A DNA stretch of 64,000 nucleotides from Eledone cirrhosa (GCA_964016885.1 OZ024756.1:21576001-21640000), one strand, 5' to 3'. Numbered from the stretch's first letter, positions 28,808 through 40,706 are shown. A program made the numbers and translations. The notes: generated by a model not told the origin, from the sequence alone.

Positions 28808-30238
28808 TTTCAGAAAACCCACACAGATAGATGGAACGGGTGGACCAGAGCCATACGGACACCCGAAAACCACGATGAACTGAAGAAAATGATTGCACAT
28901 GCGGTAGGTGCCAGCATAAAACTAACCCTTAAGGAACATATGTTCAAATTTAATGGTAAAACATATGCCCAAGAGGAAGGAGCAGCCATTGGTGTTAGCA
29001 TTGCAGGCGACATAGCTAACTTATTCATGGTATGGTGGGACAGTAGACTTAAACAAAAACTTAATGAACAATTAGAAGACAGCTTAACCCTGATAATGTA
29101 CTCCCGCTACGTAGATGATATAAACATCGTAGTTAAGACACCCCCACTAAAGAACAGTCAGGAACTAGAGAAAAACACAATGGAAAGCATCCAGCAAATA
29201 GCAAACTCCATCCACCAGAGCATTAGAGTTACTATAGACTACCCAAGTAGACACCCCAACCATCGATTACCTGTACTAGACACAGAGCTCTGGTTAGATA
29301 CTATTAACAACCAAAAACAAATCCTCCATTCCCATTATGCCAAACCCATGACTTCCAAACATCTGATCCACCGAAACTCGGCCATTTCGGACCATACCAA
29401 AATCAACATACTGATTGCGGATTTGGTACGGGTGATGAGAAATGTGTCCCGCATGTGCAACCCCGAAGAACTAGAGAGACACATACAACACTTCATCCAC
29501 CGTATGCAGTTCTCTGGCTACAATCAGAGAGATAGAATCAGAGTGTATAAAGGAGCCAGAACCAAATGGGAAAAAATGGTAAATAATGACATAAATGGGA
29601 CTTGCCCCTTGTATAGGAGCAAATTTTGGAATAGAATAGAAAGAACTAAGAACAAGGCCAATAGAATAAACTCATGGTATGATAGCAATAAATACCAGAG
29701 TGTAATGTTCATCAATACAACCCCTAGAGGCGAACTAGCCTACAAATTTAGAAGGGCCCTAAAGAAACATAATCTCAATATTAAGATAGTAGAAAGACCT
29801 GGTACCTCCGTAAAAACACTTATTAGCAAGACATACCCGTTCCAAAGACCCTCATGTATAGATAAGAAATGCATAACCTGTAAAATAAGCCCCCATATTA
29901 ACTGTAAAACTAGAAATGTAGTATATAGCATAAGATGTACTGAAGGACAATGTAGAAACAAAAATGTAGTGTACATAGGTGAGACAGCTCGTAGTATAGG
30001 GGAACGAATAAATGAACACTGGCGAGACCTCCAAGATAGTAAAGAATCATCTGTGCTCTACCAACATGCTAAGATAGAACACAGGGGTAAATTAGAGAGC
30101 ATAGAAATAAAAATAGAATCCACACACAAGAAAGACGCAATGTTTAGGCAAATTACAGAGGCAGTAAGCATAAAAGAATCAAAACCAAAATTAAATAGAA
30201 AATATGAGTGGAACAGCAACATCACAACTTACAATTAA
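28808..30238 (+). CDS. Penelope-like reverse transcriptase (motif B onward, thumb) plus GIY-YIG endonuclease; N-terminally truncated
   Basis: Frame open from 28808 (ORF track start 28889, 449 aa): FKFNGKTYAQEEGAAIG..IANLFM, YSRYVDDI, LPVLDT, HYAKP, CITC..NCKTRNVVYSIRC..VYIGETARS..ERINEH..H..EH..ITEAVSI...LN. Confidence 0.9.
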   Translation, partial: FQKTHTDRWNGWTRAIRTPENHDELKKMIAHAVGASIKLTLKEHMFKFNGKTYAQEEGAAIGVSIAGDIANLFMVWWDSRLKQKLNEQLEDSLTLIMYSRYVDDINIVVKTPPLKNSQELEKNTMESIQQIANSIHQSIRVTIDYPSRHPNHRLPVLDTELWLDTINNQKQILHSHYAKPMTSKHLIHRNSAISDHTKINILIADLVRVMRNVSRMCNPEELERHIQHFIHRMQFSGYNQRDRIRVYKGARTKWEKMVNNDINGTCPLYRSKFWNRIERTKNKANRINSWYDSNKYQSVMFINTTPRGELAYKFRRALKKHNLNIKIVERPGTSVKTLISKTYPFQRPSCIDKKCITCKISPHINCKTRNVVYSIRCTEGQCRNKNVVYIGETARSIGERINEHWRDLQDSKESSVLYQHAKIEHRGKLESIEIKIESTHKKDAMFRQITEAVSIKESKPKLNRKYEWNSNITTYN

Positions 30239-30528
30239 GGACAAAATAAAAACACACACACACATAGAACAAACAACTTACAATTGAAAACACACACAAG
30301 ACAAAATGAAAACACACACACACATAGAACAAACAACCAACCAACAATAAATAAATAAATAAACAAACAAATAGAAAAATATAAATAGAAAAATAGAAAA
30401 ATGAACACAAACACACACACAGACACCCGGATGTGGCGCATGCGCAAACTGAGCACGCAACCCACACACAAACAAAATGGCGTAGGATAGAAGAAAGGAA
30501 AGGCACAGAAACGAAGAAAGAAATCCCC

Positions 30529-30573
30529 AGTCACTGAAGAGGTCACAGAGTGTGTGACGAAAGAACTATGACT
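30529..30573 (+). ncRNA. Intact minimal type I hammerhead ribozyme in the PLE pseudo-LTR
   Basis: agtca-CTGAAGA-g-gtcaca gagtg tgtgac-GAAA-gaac-TA-tgact; stems I and II fully paired, CUA triplet. Confidence 0.85.
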
Positions 30574-30799
30574 ATATATATATAAACAACTATCTGGTTG
30601 TGGAACCAACCAACCAACCAGAAATCTATAAATTTATAAATTTGTAAACTTATAAATATTTAATAAATTAAATTGAAGTGAAAGCAACTGGTGCGTGTGT
30701 TTCTTATTGGCAACATGACCCTCCCAAAGTATAACAATATCGGTTTCAACACACGATTTCAGATAAAGAATCTTGCTAAACAAATTCAGAAACGAAATA

Positions 30800-30824
30800 T
30801 ATATATATACATATATATATACAT

Positions 30825-30870
<46 letters not shown>

Positions 30871-30986
30871 ATGTATATATATATATATATATGTGTTTGT
30901 ATGTATGTATATATAATGTGTGTATGTATGTATATATATATATGTGTGTATGTATGTATGTATATATATATATGTGTGTATGTATG

Positions 30987-31036
<50 letters not shown>

Positions 31037-31060
31037 CGTGTATATATATATGTGTGTATG

Positions 31061-31091
<31 letters not shown>

Positions 31092-31367
31092 TTCTATATA
31101 TACATATATATATGTGTGTGTATGTATATATATATACATATATATATATATATACATATATACATATATACATATATATATATAGACATATATATATATA
31201 CATACACACATATATATATATATACATACACACATATATATATATGTATATATACATACACACACATATATATATATACATACACACACACACACACATA
31301 TATATACATACACGCATATATATATATATATATACATACACACACACACATATATATATATATACAT

Positions 31368-31400
<33 letters not shown>

Positions 31401-31403
31401 CAT

Positions 31404-31446
<43 letters not shown>

Positions 31447-31485
31447 CACATACACACACATATATATATATATATTTTTATACAT

Positions 31486-31520
<35 letters not shown>

Positions 31521-31558
31521 CATACACACACACATATATATTATATATATATATACAT

Positions 31559-31623
<65 letters not shown>

Positions 31624-31624
31624 T

Positions 31625-31665
<41 letters not shown>

Positions 31666-31670
31666 TATAA

Positions 31671-31745
<75 letters not shown>

Positions 31746-31750
31746 TATAA

Positions 31751-31783
<33 letters not shown>

Positions 31784-31830
31784 CACACACATATAAATAT
31801 ATATTACACGCACACACACATACATATTCA
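30800..31830. repeat. Compound (TA)/(TG)/(CA) microsatellite
   Basis: Direct reading. Confidence 0.97.
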
Positions 31831-32102
31831 TATTACGATTACGATGATGTCATAAAAAAAGTTGTCATTCCCACTCATGGAAGTTAGCGGGCGTATGTGT
31901 ATTGATTCTATCTTATATTTATCTCCTTATGTATTTACTACGGCTTACCTACCTGTCTATATATCTATCTGTTTCTAGCCCTTTCACTCTTTTGTCTTTC
32001 TATGTCTTTCTTACCCACTTCTTTCCACTTTTGTATTCAGATACACATGTTAAACAAAACTAGTGTGCTATCTTTAAGATAGTGATTTCGCCCTACAGTA
32101 TT

Positions 32103-32151
<49 letters not shown>

Positions 32152-32155
<4 letters not shown>

Positions 32156-32337
32156 AACCAGTAAGACCCCGACAGCTGAGCTCAAGCCGTTTCGACGGCT
32201 AATTCAGAATTAGCCGTCGAAACGGCTTGAGCTCAGCTGTCGGGGTCTCACTGGTTCCTATTATCCACTCTACTACCTCAAGTATTGAGTACTTTGGTGC
32301 GTTATGGTCCACCTGGTTCCTTACCACATTTCCTTCG

Positions 32338-32374
<37 letters not shown>

Positions 32375-32478
32375 AACGAATAGGACCCCTACTCGTTCCT
32401 ATTACCCACTCTGCTACCCTAAGTATTGAGTACTTTGGTGCGTTATGGTCCACCTGGTTCCTTACCACATTTCCTTCG

Positions 32479-32511
<33 letters not shown>

Positions 32512-32620
32512 AAAAAGTATGACCCCGACGGCAGAGCTCAAGCCGTTTCGATGGCTATTTCAATCCAGAAATAGCCGTCGAAGCGGCTTGATCTCTGCCG
32601 GTCCATCTGGTTCGTTATAT
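32152..32620 (+). mobile_element. Three tandem family A elements separated by (TA)n, each with a fold-back head
   Basis: 32152-32340 (109-bp palindrome 32152-32260), 32371-32481, 32508-32620; all begin TAGGAA after (TA)n. Confidence 0.88.
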
Positions 32621-32829
32621 ATATATATATTTCGTTGCTCTGGTATTGTGTGTTAGGGTTTGCCTACCACAATGTTCAATTTGTCAAGCTATTTAAACGT
32701 ATGTTATTACTCTAAGGACCTACGTACCCTTATTGTGTGCTTTGCTAACTCATTCATATTGTAGGTCGACTTTGCTTGCCCACAGCCAAAGCTTCGATTT
32801 GACTAAGCTTCCACATATATATATAAGGT

Positions 32830-32990
32830 GGCCCTTGAAATATGTATAATGAAATAAATATGGTTTTATAAATATAGTTTCCATTTGTTAATATATTGTA
32901 TATTTACTCCAATAATTTGTTGAGTGCTTTATATCAGTTATAAAAATATTTTGCTTGTTGTATCCCAACAAATTAAATATAACCTCTTCA
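32830..32990 (+). mobile_element. Family D terminus abutting (TA)n
   Basis: gcccttgaaatat..ataaatatagtttccattt..cccaacaaattaaatataac; reverse complement of 12410-12570. Confidence 0.75.
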
Positions 32991-33321
32991 TATATATTTA
33001 TATATATATATGAATTTATATATATATATATATGTAAAGATACACATACATATATATAAGTACATACATGTATATATATATATATATAAATACATGTATA
33101 TATATATATATATATAAATACATATATATATATGTAAGTATATAAATGTATGTATATATAAATATGTGTATGCATATATACGTGTTTGTCTGTGTATATA
33201 TGTGCATGTATGTCTGTATATATGTATGTGCGTGTATGTCTGTATATATGTGTGTGTATGTATGTATGCCTGTATATATATATGTGTGCATCTCTCTCTC
33301 TCTCTCACTCTCTCTCTCTCA

Positions 33322-33358
<37 letters not shown>

Positions 33359-33621
33359 AGCACCTACAGTCTTGTACGCCACACGATATAACCTACTCAG
33401 TATTGTGCTACCAAAGCCCTATAAAACAACAGGATTTTCTAAGATTTCTAATGTTCACATCATTTACATCAGTTATAAAAGCTTGTCCTTTTTACCATTT
33501 CACAGTTTTTAAACTTTAAAAGCTTCCTTACTTATTTCTTTTTCATATACAATTAGTTTCTCGTTGAAGTTGTTTATTGTTTAGCTCAAGACACGGCATT
33601 ATATAATGTGTAATGTGTACT

Positions 33622-33960
33622 GCGGATTGGCAGTGTCGGTAGAGCGTCAGACACCATGCTTTAAGTTTTGAGTTCAAATCTCGGCGAGGTTAACTTTGTC
33701 TTTCATCCTTACGGGGTCGATAAAATAAAGTACCAGTAATGCACTGGGGTAATTGCTGGCCTTGTGCCAAAAGTAGAAACAATTATTATCAGAATCGGTA
33801 CAGGGTCACACGCCATGCTTTGCAGCATAGATTTACGGCCCTTTACGGTTTGAGTTCAAATTCTGCCGAGGTTAACTTTGCCTTTCATCCTTACGGGGTT
33901 GATAAAATATTGCACCAGTAATTCACTGTGGTATTTGCGGCCTTGTGTCTAAAGTAGAAT
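33622..33960 (+). mobile_element. Two tandem SINE-1 copies
   Basis: Two B boxes and cores (33670-33735, 33850-33920). Confidence 0.85.
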
Positions 33961-34054
33961 TATGAAACGTGTATTATCTTTGTCAAAACCATCACATTTT
34001 CTGAGTTGAGTTTTCTATGAGTATCAATTTGTGTATGTATCCCATCCTTTGTAG

Positions 34055-34180
34055 CGGCGCGTGGCCTGGTGGTAAGAGTTTGGGCTTACGATCGTAATGG
34101 CTGGGTTGCGTGTTGTGTTCTTGAGCAAAACACTTCATTTCACGTTGCTCCAGTATACTCAGCTGAAAACGAGAACCTGC
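34055..34180 (+). mobile_element. SINE-2, partial
   Basis: ggcgcgtggcctggtggtaag..gttgtgttcttgagcaaaacacttcatttcacgttgctccag. Confidence 0.8.
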
Positions 34181-34529
34181 ACTATGTGGGGGGTTTCTCT
34201 GTGGGGGTTTCTCTATGAGGTTTATGAAGGATTTGAGGGCGCTACCTGTGAAAACCTTTGCACAGTGTTTGATTTGTTTAGCATGTGGGTGTTGCTAGCG
34301 AACAAATTGTACCATAGTGGAGAGTTTTGAGTGTTCGTACGCGTGAATTTATTTTTATTAATCCTTATTAAAGAAGAATCAATGTTATCGTAACAATTGT
34401 ATTTCATTTTAAGGCTGTTCCTATTGAAGATTTTATGCAAATTATGGCCTGAAGGGAAATGTTAGCTAATTAATTCGAGAACAGAAGGGAAGGAAACTGC
34501 AGCAGATGTTTAAATGTCATTATTGCTGT

Positions 34530-34625
34530 ATTAAATTTGCCTTTCATCCTTGCGGGTCGATAAAATAAAGTACCAGTAATGTACTGGATAATTGCTGGCC
34601 TTGTGCCAAAGGTAGAAACAATTAT
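34530..34625 (+). mobile_element. SINE-1 3' half
   Basis: Core plus tail; attgctgtattaaat occurs on both sides. Confidence 0.8.
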
Positions 34626-34877
34626 TGCTGTATTAAATGAGGATCCAACCTGTGGTGGATCTAAGGTTTGTGCTGTTCGGCTTGGATATATTTGGAATAA
34701 TATATGACCATTGTTCTTCAGATATTATCAGTTAATTTCTTCAGAAGAGTTAGGGGTTATTAAACATTCATCAATAATCATTTTAGGATCTCTAAGCCGG
34801 GAAAGGACACGAAAACACCGTAAGGGTGATACATATGAAAGTAAATATCCCCATCCATACAAACACGCACACACACA

Positions 34878-35003
34878 CGTCAAAACGGCTTGAGCTCTGC
34901 CGTCGGGGTCAAACATTTTCCTATTACCCACTCTACAACCTTAAGTATTGAGTACTCTGGTGCATTATGGTCCATCTGGTTCCTTACCACACCTCCTTCG
35001 TTA
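34878..35003 (+). mobile_element. Family A element, 5'-truncated at the base of hammerhead stem II
   Basis: cgtc-aaaacggcttgagctctgccgtc-ggggtc...ccttcgt-(TA)n. Confidence 0.85.
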
Positions 35004-35046
<43 letters not shown>

Positions 35047-35087
35047 AAATAAAGATCCGAAGGCATGGTATAAATTTCCAATCATTT

Positions 35088-35166
35088 TAATCACGACACA
35101 TGTTTCAATATGAAATAGATCGATCGTGTGGTCATGATCGATTATCACTGATCCCATCAGGTGAAT
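35088..35166 (-). ncRNA. Hammerhead motif with long stem II and one core substitution
   Basis: Minus strand tcac-CTGATGG-..atcgatc/gatcgat..-GAAAC-atgt-GTC-gtga. Confidence 0.55.
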
Positions 35167-35497
35167 AATGAATTGTCTTCAAATCTTTGATATGAGGGAG
35201 GAAAAACTAACGATGTTCACTCCCTAGAGTTTTGTTCCCCATATGAAGATTCAGCAGCCCAAACACACCAGCTGGTATTGTCTTCAGTCAGGGTCATAAA
35301 TCTATCAAGTCTCTATCTCTCAATAGCTGTAAAAGACGATGGACATGTCTAATCTCAGCATCAAACCCTCAATCTCAATTCTACTTTTGAAAAGCACAGA
35401 ACTGTGAAACCGGTAAAGAAAATGAATAAATATTCTTAGAAAGACTCCAGTTGCATTTTCGATTTCGTTTCCTTGTATATATATACACACCTTTATA

Positions 35498-35547
<50 letters not shown>

Positions 35548-35559
35548 TGTATGCACATT

Positions 35560-35626
<67 letters not shown>

Positions 35627-35672
35627 GCGCGCGCACGCAAATATCTATATTAGTTCTAATATATTCTAATTC

Positions 35673-35726
<54 letters not shown>

Positions 35727-35739
35727 ATATATATATGAT

Positions 35740-35957
35740 ATTATATATAAGAACACTTGAACGACATTTAGATAGGAGAAATTGCTTGGAAAACGTTAAA
35801 ATGTGTCGAATGACTGGAAGGGGCTACACGATATATCTATATATCTCTATATATATATATCTATATCGTGTAGCCCCTTCCAGTCATTCGACACATTTTA
35901 ACGTTTTCCAAGCAATTTCTCCTATCTAAATGTCGTTCAAGTGTTCTTATATATAAT
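35740..35957. repeat. Palindrome with ~96-bp essentially perfect arms and a TA/TC spacer
   Basis: attatatataagaacacttgaacgac...ggctacacgatata / tatatcgtgtagcc...gtcgttcaagtgttcttatatataat. Confidence 0.95.
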
Positions 35958-36340
35958 CTCATTCCGTTAATTAATTATTCCCATAAATCTGCTGCCAATA
36001 TGCACTCATACGCAACACATAGACATATATATATATATATATATGCAAATGCATACACATATATATATATATATATATATATGCAAATGCATACATATAT
36101 ATATATATGCTTACATATACACACAGACATTGCCCCCCCCCCCCCTTTCTCACACACACGCTCGTACAGGTATTTTTTTCGATCTGAAATCCTTTTCTTT
36201 CTCTATCTCCTCTTTCTCGTACCATTAATATTATCACCACCATCATCAACTTCAAACACACACACCCGTATATATATATATATGAATCTTTAAACTTGTA
36301 CACCATCATTGCATTGCAATCTGTTTCTCTGTTCTTGTTG

Positions 36341-36410
<70 letters not shown>

Positions 36411-36413
<3 letters not shown>

Positions 36414-36677
36414 CATTTTTCATTACCCCTAAAAGGGTTTGACGAGCCACTGCTTACAGAGTCGGGCTAGATCGAAACTTGAGCTGATCGGTGGTGAAAC
36501 GTGCGTCACCAACCAATAAACGTAATGAGCGAGTAACCACTCGTCCTTGTTTTATTTTATTGGTTGGTGACTCACGTTTTGCCACCGATCAGCTCAAGGT
36601 TCGATCTAGCCCGACTCTGTAAGCCGTGGCTCGTCAGACCCTTTTAGTGGTAATGAAAAAATGATTATACATGTCCT

Positions 36678-36713
<36 letters not shown>

Positions 36714-36725
36714 AGGACATGTATA

Positions 36726-36735
<10 letters not shown>
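36411..36735. mobile_element. Family B inverted dimer between (TA)n tracts, plus a nested small palindrome
   Basis: Arms 36411-36520 / 36555-36668 with GAAACgtgcGTC..AATAAA (HHR 3' half); atgattatacatgtcctgga-(TA)n-tccaggacatgtataatcat; homologue at 54600-54715. Confidence 0.85.
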
Positions 36736-36756
<21 letters not shown>

Positions 36757-36761
<5 letters not shown>

Positions 36762-36880
36762 CACCTTGATCACCTTCACCGACCAGTCTGTCGGGCGCCA
36801 ATCGGTGCCGCTGGTCACAGCACGTCGTGCTGTTTTAGCCATAAGATAACGCCACCCCACTGGCTGGGCGGGCAGGCTGA
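36757..36880. mobile_element. Short GC-rich module flanked by (TA)n on both sides
   Basis: atgatcaccttgatcaccttcaccgaccag..gctggtcacagc..; single copy in this window. Confidence 0.45.
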
Positions 36881-37002
36881 TATATATATATATATATATA
36901 CTGCCTGCTGGATAAGTGGAGTGTTATACACCCCTGATCCTTTCCCTAGCATACTATATATATATATATACATTTATTATGGCTAAGTAATTCGCCTTTA
37001 AA

Positions 37003-37040
37003 CTGATGATCCTGCGCGTGCGCAGGTGAAACTCCAGAAT
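37003..37040 (+). ncRNA. Hammerhead core, degenerate stems I and III
   Basis: CTGATGA-t-cctgcgc gt gcgcagg-t-GAAAC. Confidence 0.55.
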
Positions 37041-37109
37041 AACAAGACTCACTATTTACACATTGAATATTTAAATTTTTAGACTCTGCTTCAGTATTGA
37101 GTACCCTCT

Positions 37110-37800
37110 TCTCTCATCCGTCATACAGTCTTCCCTCTCCACGCCACCGACGTTGTCCCTCTCCACGCCACCAACGTTGTCCCTCTCCACGCCACCAACG
37201 TTGTCCCTCTCCACGCCACTGACGTTGTCCCTCTCCTCGCCATCGACGTTGTCCTTCTCCACGCCATCGACGTTGTCCCTCTCCACGCCACTGACGTTGT
37301 CCCTCTCCTCGCCACCAACGTTGTCCCTCTCCACGCCACCAACGTTGTTCCTCTCCACGCCACTGACGTTGTCCCTCTCCACGCCACTGACGTTGTCCCT
37401 CTCCTCGCCATCGACGTTGTCCCTCTCCACCTCATCGACGTTGTCCCTTTCCACGCCATCGACGTTGTCCCTCTCCACGCCACTGACGTTGTCCCTCTCC
37501 ACGCCACTGACGTTGTCCCTCTCCTCGCCACCGACGTTGTCCTTCTCCACGCCATCGACGTTGTCCCTCTCCACCTCATCGACGTTGTCCCTTTCCACGC
37601 CATCGACGTTGTCCAAGGGAAAGGCAATGGCCGTTACAGCTTATCACCAATGACGTCTCAATTCATTGCTACACACAGGTTAACTGGAGCAACGCGAAAT
37701 AAAGTGTCTTGCTCAAGGCCACAACTCATCAGCTGGTCCGAGAATCGAACTCACAACGTCTCTGTTGAAAGCCTGCCGCTCTAACGACTAAACCATCCTC
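37110..37800 (-). mobile_element. SINE-2 carrying an internal 24-bp minisatellite expansion (37128-37615, ~20 copies)
   Basis: SINE head/core at 37640-37800; unit GGACAACGTCRGTGGCGTGGAGAG resembles the SINE segment ggacatcattggtggcgtggagag at ~26530. Confidence 0.85.
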
Positions 37801-37859
37801 TTCCACCTTCTCTCTCATCTTCTCTCTTTCTTTCATACAATGTCTCTCTCATACAATCT

Positions 37860-39735
37860 TTTTCCCTTTCATGCAATTTCTCTATAATCTCTTTCCCTCT
37901 CAAACACTCCCTTTCTCTTTCTATCTCTCTCTCTTTCTCTCACTCTCTCTCTCCCTCTCTCTCTCTCTCTCGCTCTCTCTCTCTCTCTCGCTTTCTCTCT
38001 CTCGCTCTCTCCCCCTCTCTCCGTCCCTCTCCCTCCATCTGCCTCTCTCCCTCTCTCTGCCCCCACTTTCTCTCTCTCTCTCTCTCTCTCTCTGTCGTGT
38101 AATCTCTCTCTTTACACGGCTCTTCTCCTCTCACTCTGTGTCCATCTATTGTAACAGCCTCTTCCCGAGGCTTTCCCAGCAACAACAACAACAACAATTA
38201 GAATAACGATTATAATAACACAACAGAAACCCAACCATGACCACAACCACCATCACCATCGCCACCACCACCACCACAGCCACCATCACCACAATTACCA
38301 TCAGAAGCCCCCCCCCCCCAACCACCCCACCACCACCAGCACCAGCACCACCACCACCATCTTCACAATTACCATCACCATCACCACCACAACCACCACC
38401 ATCACCACAACCACCATCACCACCACCACCACCATCACCACCACTACCACCATCACCACACCGCCACCACACCACCACCACCACACCACCACCACCACCA
38501 TCACAGCGACTACAACACCAGCATCACTATTACTACCACCATCACCACCACTACTACCACCATCACTACTACTACCACCATCACTACCACACCACTCCCA
38601 CCATCACAGCCACTACAACACCGGCAACGCCACTACTACCACCATCACCACCACTACTACCACCATCACCACCACTACTACTACCACCATCACCACCACT
38701 ACTACTACCACCATCACCACCACTACTACCACCATCACCACTACTACCACCACCATCACCACCACTACTACCACCATCACCACCACTACTACCACCATCA
38801 CCACCACTACTACCACCATCACCACCACTACTACCACCATCACCACCACTACTACCACCATCACCACCACTACCACCACTACTACCACCATCACCACTAC
38901 TACCACCACCATCACCACCATCACCACCACTACTACCACCATCACTCCCAGCATCACAGCCACTACAAACAACGCCACTACCACCACCACCACCACCACT
39001 ACTACCAATAACACCAAACAGCAGCAACAGCACTATCAGCAGCAGCAGCAGCAGCAGCAATATCAACAGCGCCACTATTATTCCTGTAATAACCACTACG
39101 TTTACATTGTATCTGCAGTCGCAGAGAGAGAGAGGGGGGGGGGGAGAAGTGAGGGACAGGGGGAGAGAGAAGAGGAAGCGAGGGAGAGCAAGCGACAGAG
39201 AAAGAGAGAGAGATACAAACACAGAGCAGGAGAGGGTGAGATATCAGGAGAGAGATAGACAGAGAGGAGAGAGCAAGTGAAAGCAAGAGAAGGAGAGAGA
39301 GCGTGGAGAGCGAGAGAGAGAGAGAGAGAGCGAGGAAGAGATAGACAGACAAAGAAGAGAGAGATAGAGAGACTGAGCGTGGTGAGAGAGCGTGGCTAGA
39401 GAGAAATAGACAGAGCGTGGAGAGAGAGCGAGAGAGCAAGGGCGGGGGAGAGATAGACAGACAAAGAAGAGAGAGAGAGAGCAAGTGAAAGTCAGAGAGA
39501 AGAGAAAGAGTGACATAGCGTGGGTGGGGGGCAGAGAGAGAGAGCAAATGAAACCAAGAGAGAGAGAGAGAGTGACAGAACATGGGGAGAGAGAGAGAGA
39601 GAGTGACAGAACATGGGGAGAGAGAGAGAGAGAGTGACAGAACATGGGGAGAGAGAGAGAGAGTGACAGTGACAGAGCGTGGTGAGAGAGAGAGAGAGAG
39701 AGAGACAGCAAGTGGGGAGAGAGAGTGTGAGAGTG
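37860..39735. repeat. (CT)-rich, (ACC/ACT)-rich and (GA)-rich low-complexity block
   Basis: Direct reading; the Pro/Gly/Ser ORFs here are artefacts. Confidence 0.95.
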
Positions 39736-39814
39736 ACTTGTTGGATGTATGCAACATAACAGTAGCCAGCTTATACGTGCAGTTTACAGAGTTGCGAAAA
39801 CGTTCTGGATTTAC

Positions 39815-39893
39815 CGGCCTCTGGTAATGCTTTCATTGTCATGTGTTGTGACCATTTCCTTATTTCGATATTTCGACACCAATTCTATATATT
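39815..39893 (-). CDS. Candidate 79-nt exon
   Basis: Unique island between repeats; weak acceptor ttatacag, donor ccg|gtaaat; frame [25 protein letters not shown] is phase-compatible with 27020-27124. Confidence 0.25.
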
Positions 39894-40111
39894 CTGTATA
39901 ATATGTATATATAAAACACACATATATATATAAATGAAAGGTATAGAAAACATACATATATATATATATATATATCTATATATATATATATATATATTTG
40001 CTCTACGGTTCTTATATATTTTATATATATTTATCCTTATCGAGCCCTCTTTGGATTTAGTCTTCAAATTTATTATTATTACTATATATATATATATATT
40101 TATATATATTG

Positions 40112-40149
<38 letters not shown>

Positions 40150-40162
40150 TTATATATTGTAT

Positions 40163-40197
<35 letters not shown>

Positions 40198-40513
40198 TGT
40201 ATTATATATATATATATATGGTATATAAATTATATTTATATCAATGTATACAAATGTACACACATATATATATTTATATAAGTGTGTATGCATACATATG
40301 TTTTTATATAGTATATAGAAATTATGTATTTTTTGGTGAATGTATATATAAATGTATATACATATATATATATATATGTGTGTTTGTACATGTATATATA
40401 TATACATATACACACACACATATCTATATATATGTATATATATTAATCAATTAAATATGAATATATATATATATATTGATTTATTATTTATATACATTTA
40501 TTGCAACTAATTT

Positions 40514-40555
<42 letters not shown>

Positions 40556-40654
40556 CATAATATTGTAATAAACATATAGAATTTATATTATGTGTACGTG
40601 TATATATATATACATAATATTGTAATAAACATATAGAATTTATATTATGTGTAC

Positions 40655-40706
<52 letters not shown>

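Larger units (their letters stand above)
28808..30800 (+). mobile_element. 5'-truncated Penelope-like retroelement (C-terminal EN type) with 3' pseudo-LTR ending in (TA)n
   Basis: RT + GIY-YIG ORF, A-rich 3' UTR, intact HHR, and a terminal segment shared with 11920-12390. Confidence 0.92.

Noticed and set aside
28808-30238. Naiad-type selenoprotein PLE
   Set aside because: The endonuclease is C-terminal and there is no in-frame TGA in the fragment, unlike Naiads
33365-33420. Possible extra minus-strand exon (GFGSTILSRLYRVAYKT)
   Set aside because: Acceptor is plausible, but the phase does not fit the neighbouring candidates and the donor is ambiguous
38237-39280. Extensin-like Pro-rich ORF
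   Set aside because: ACC/ACT repeat running into GA repeat; artefact
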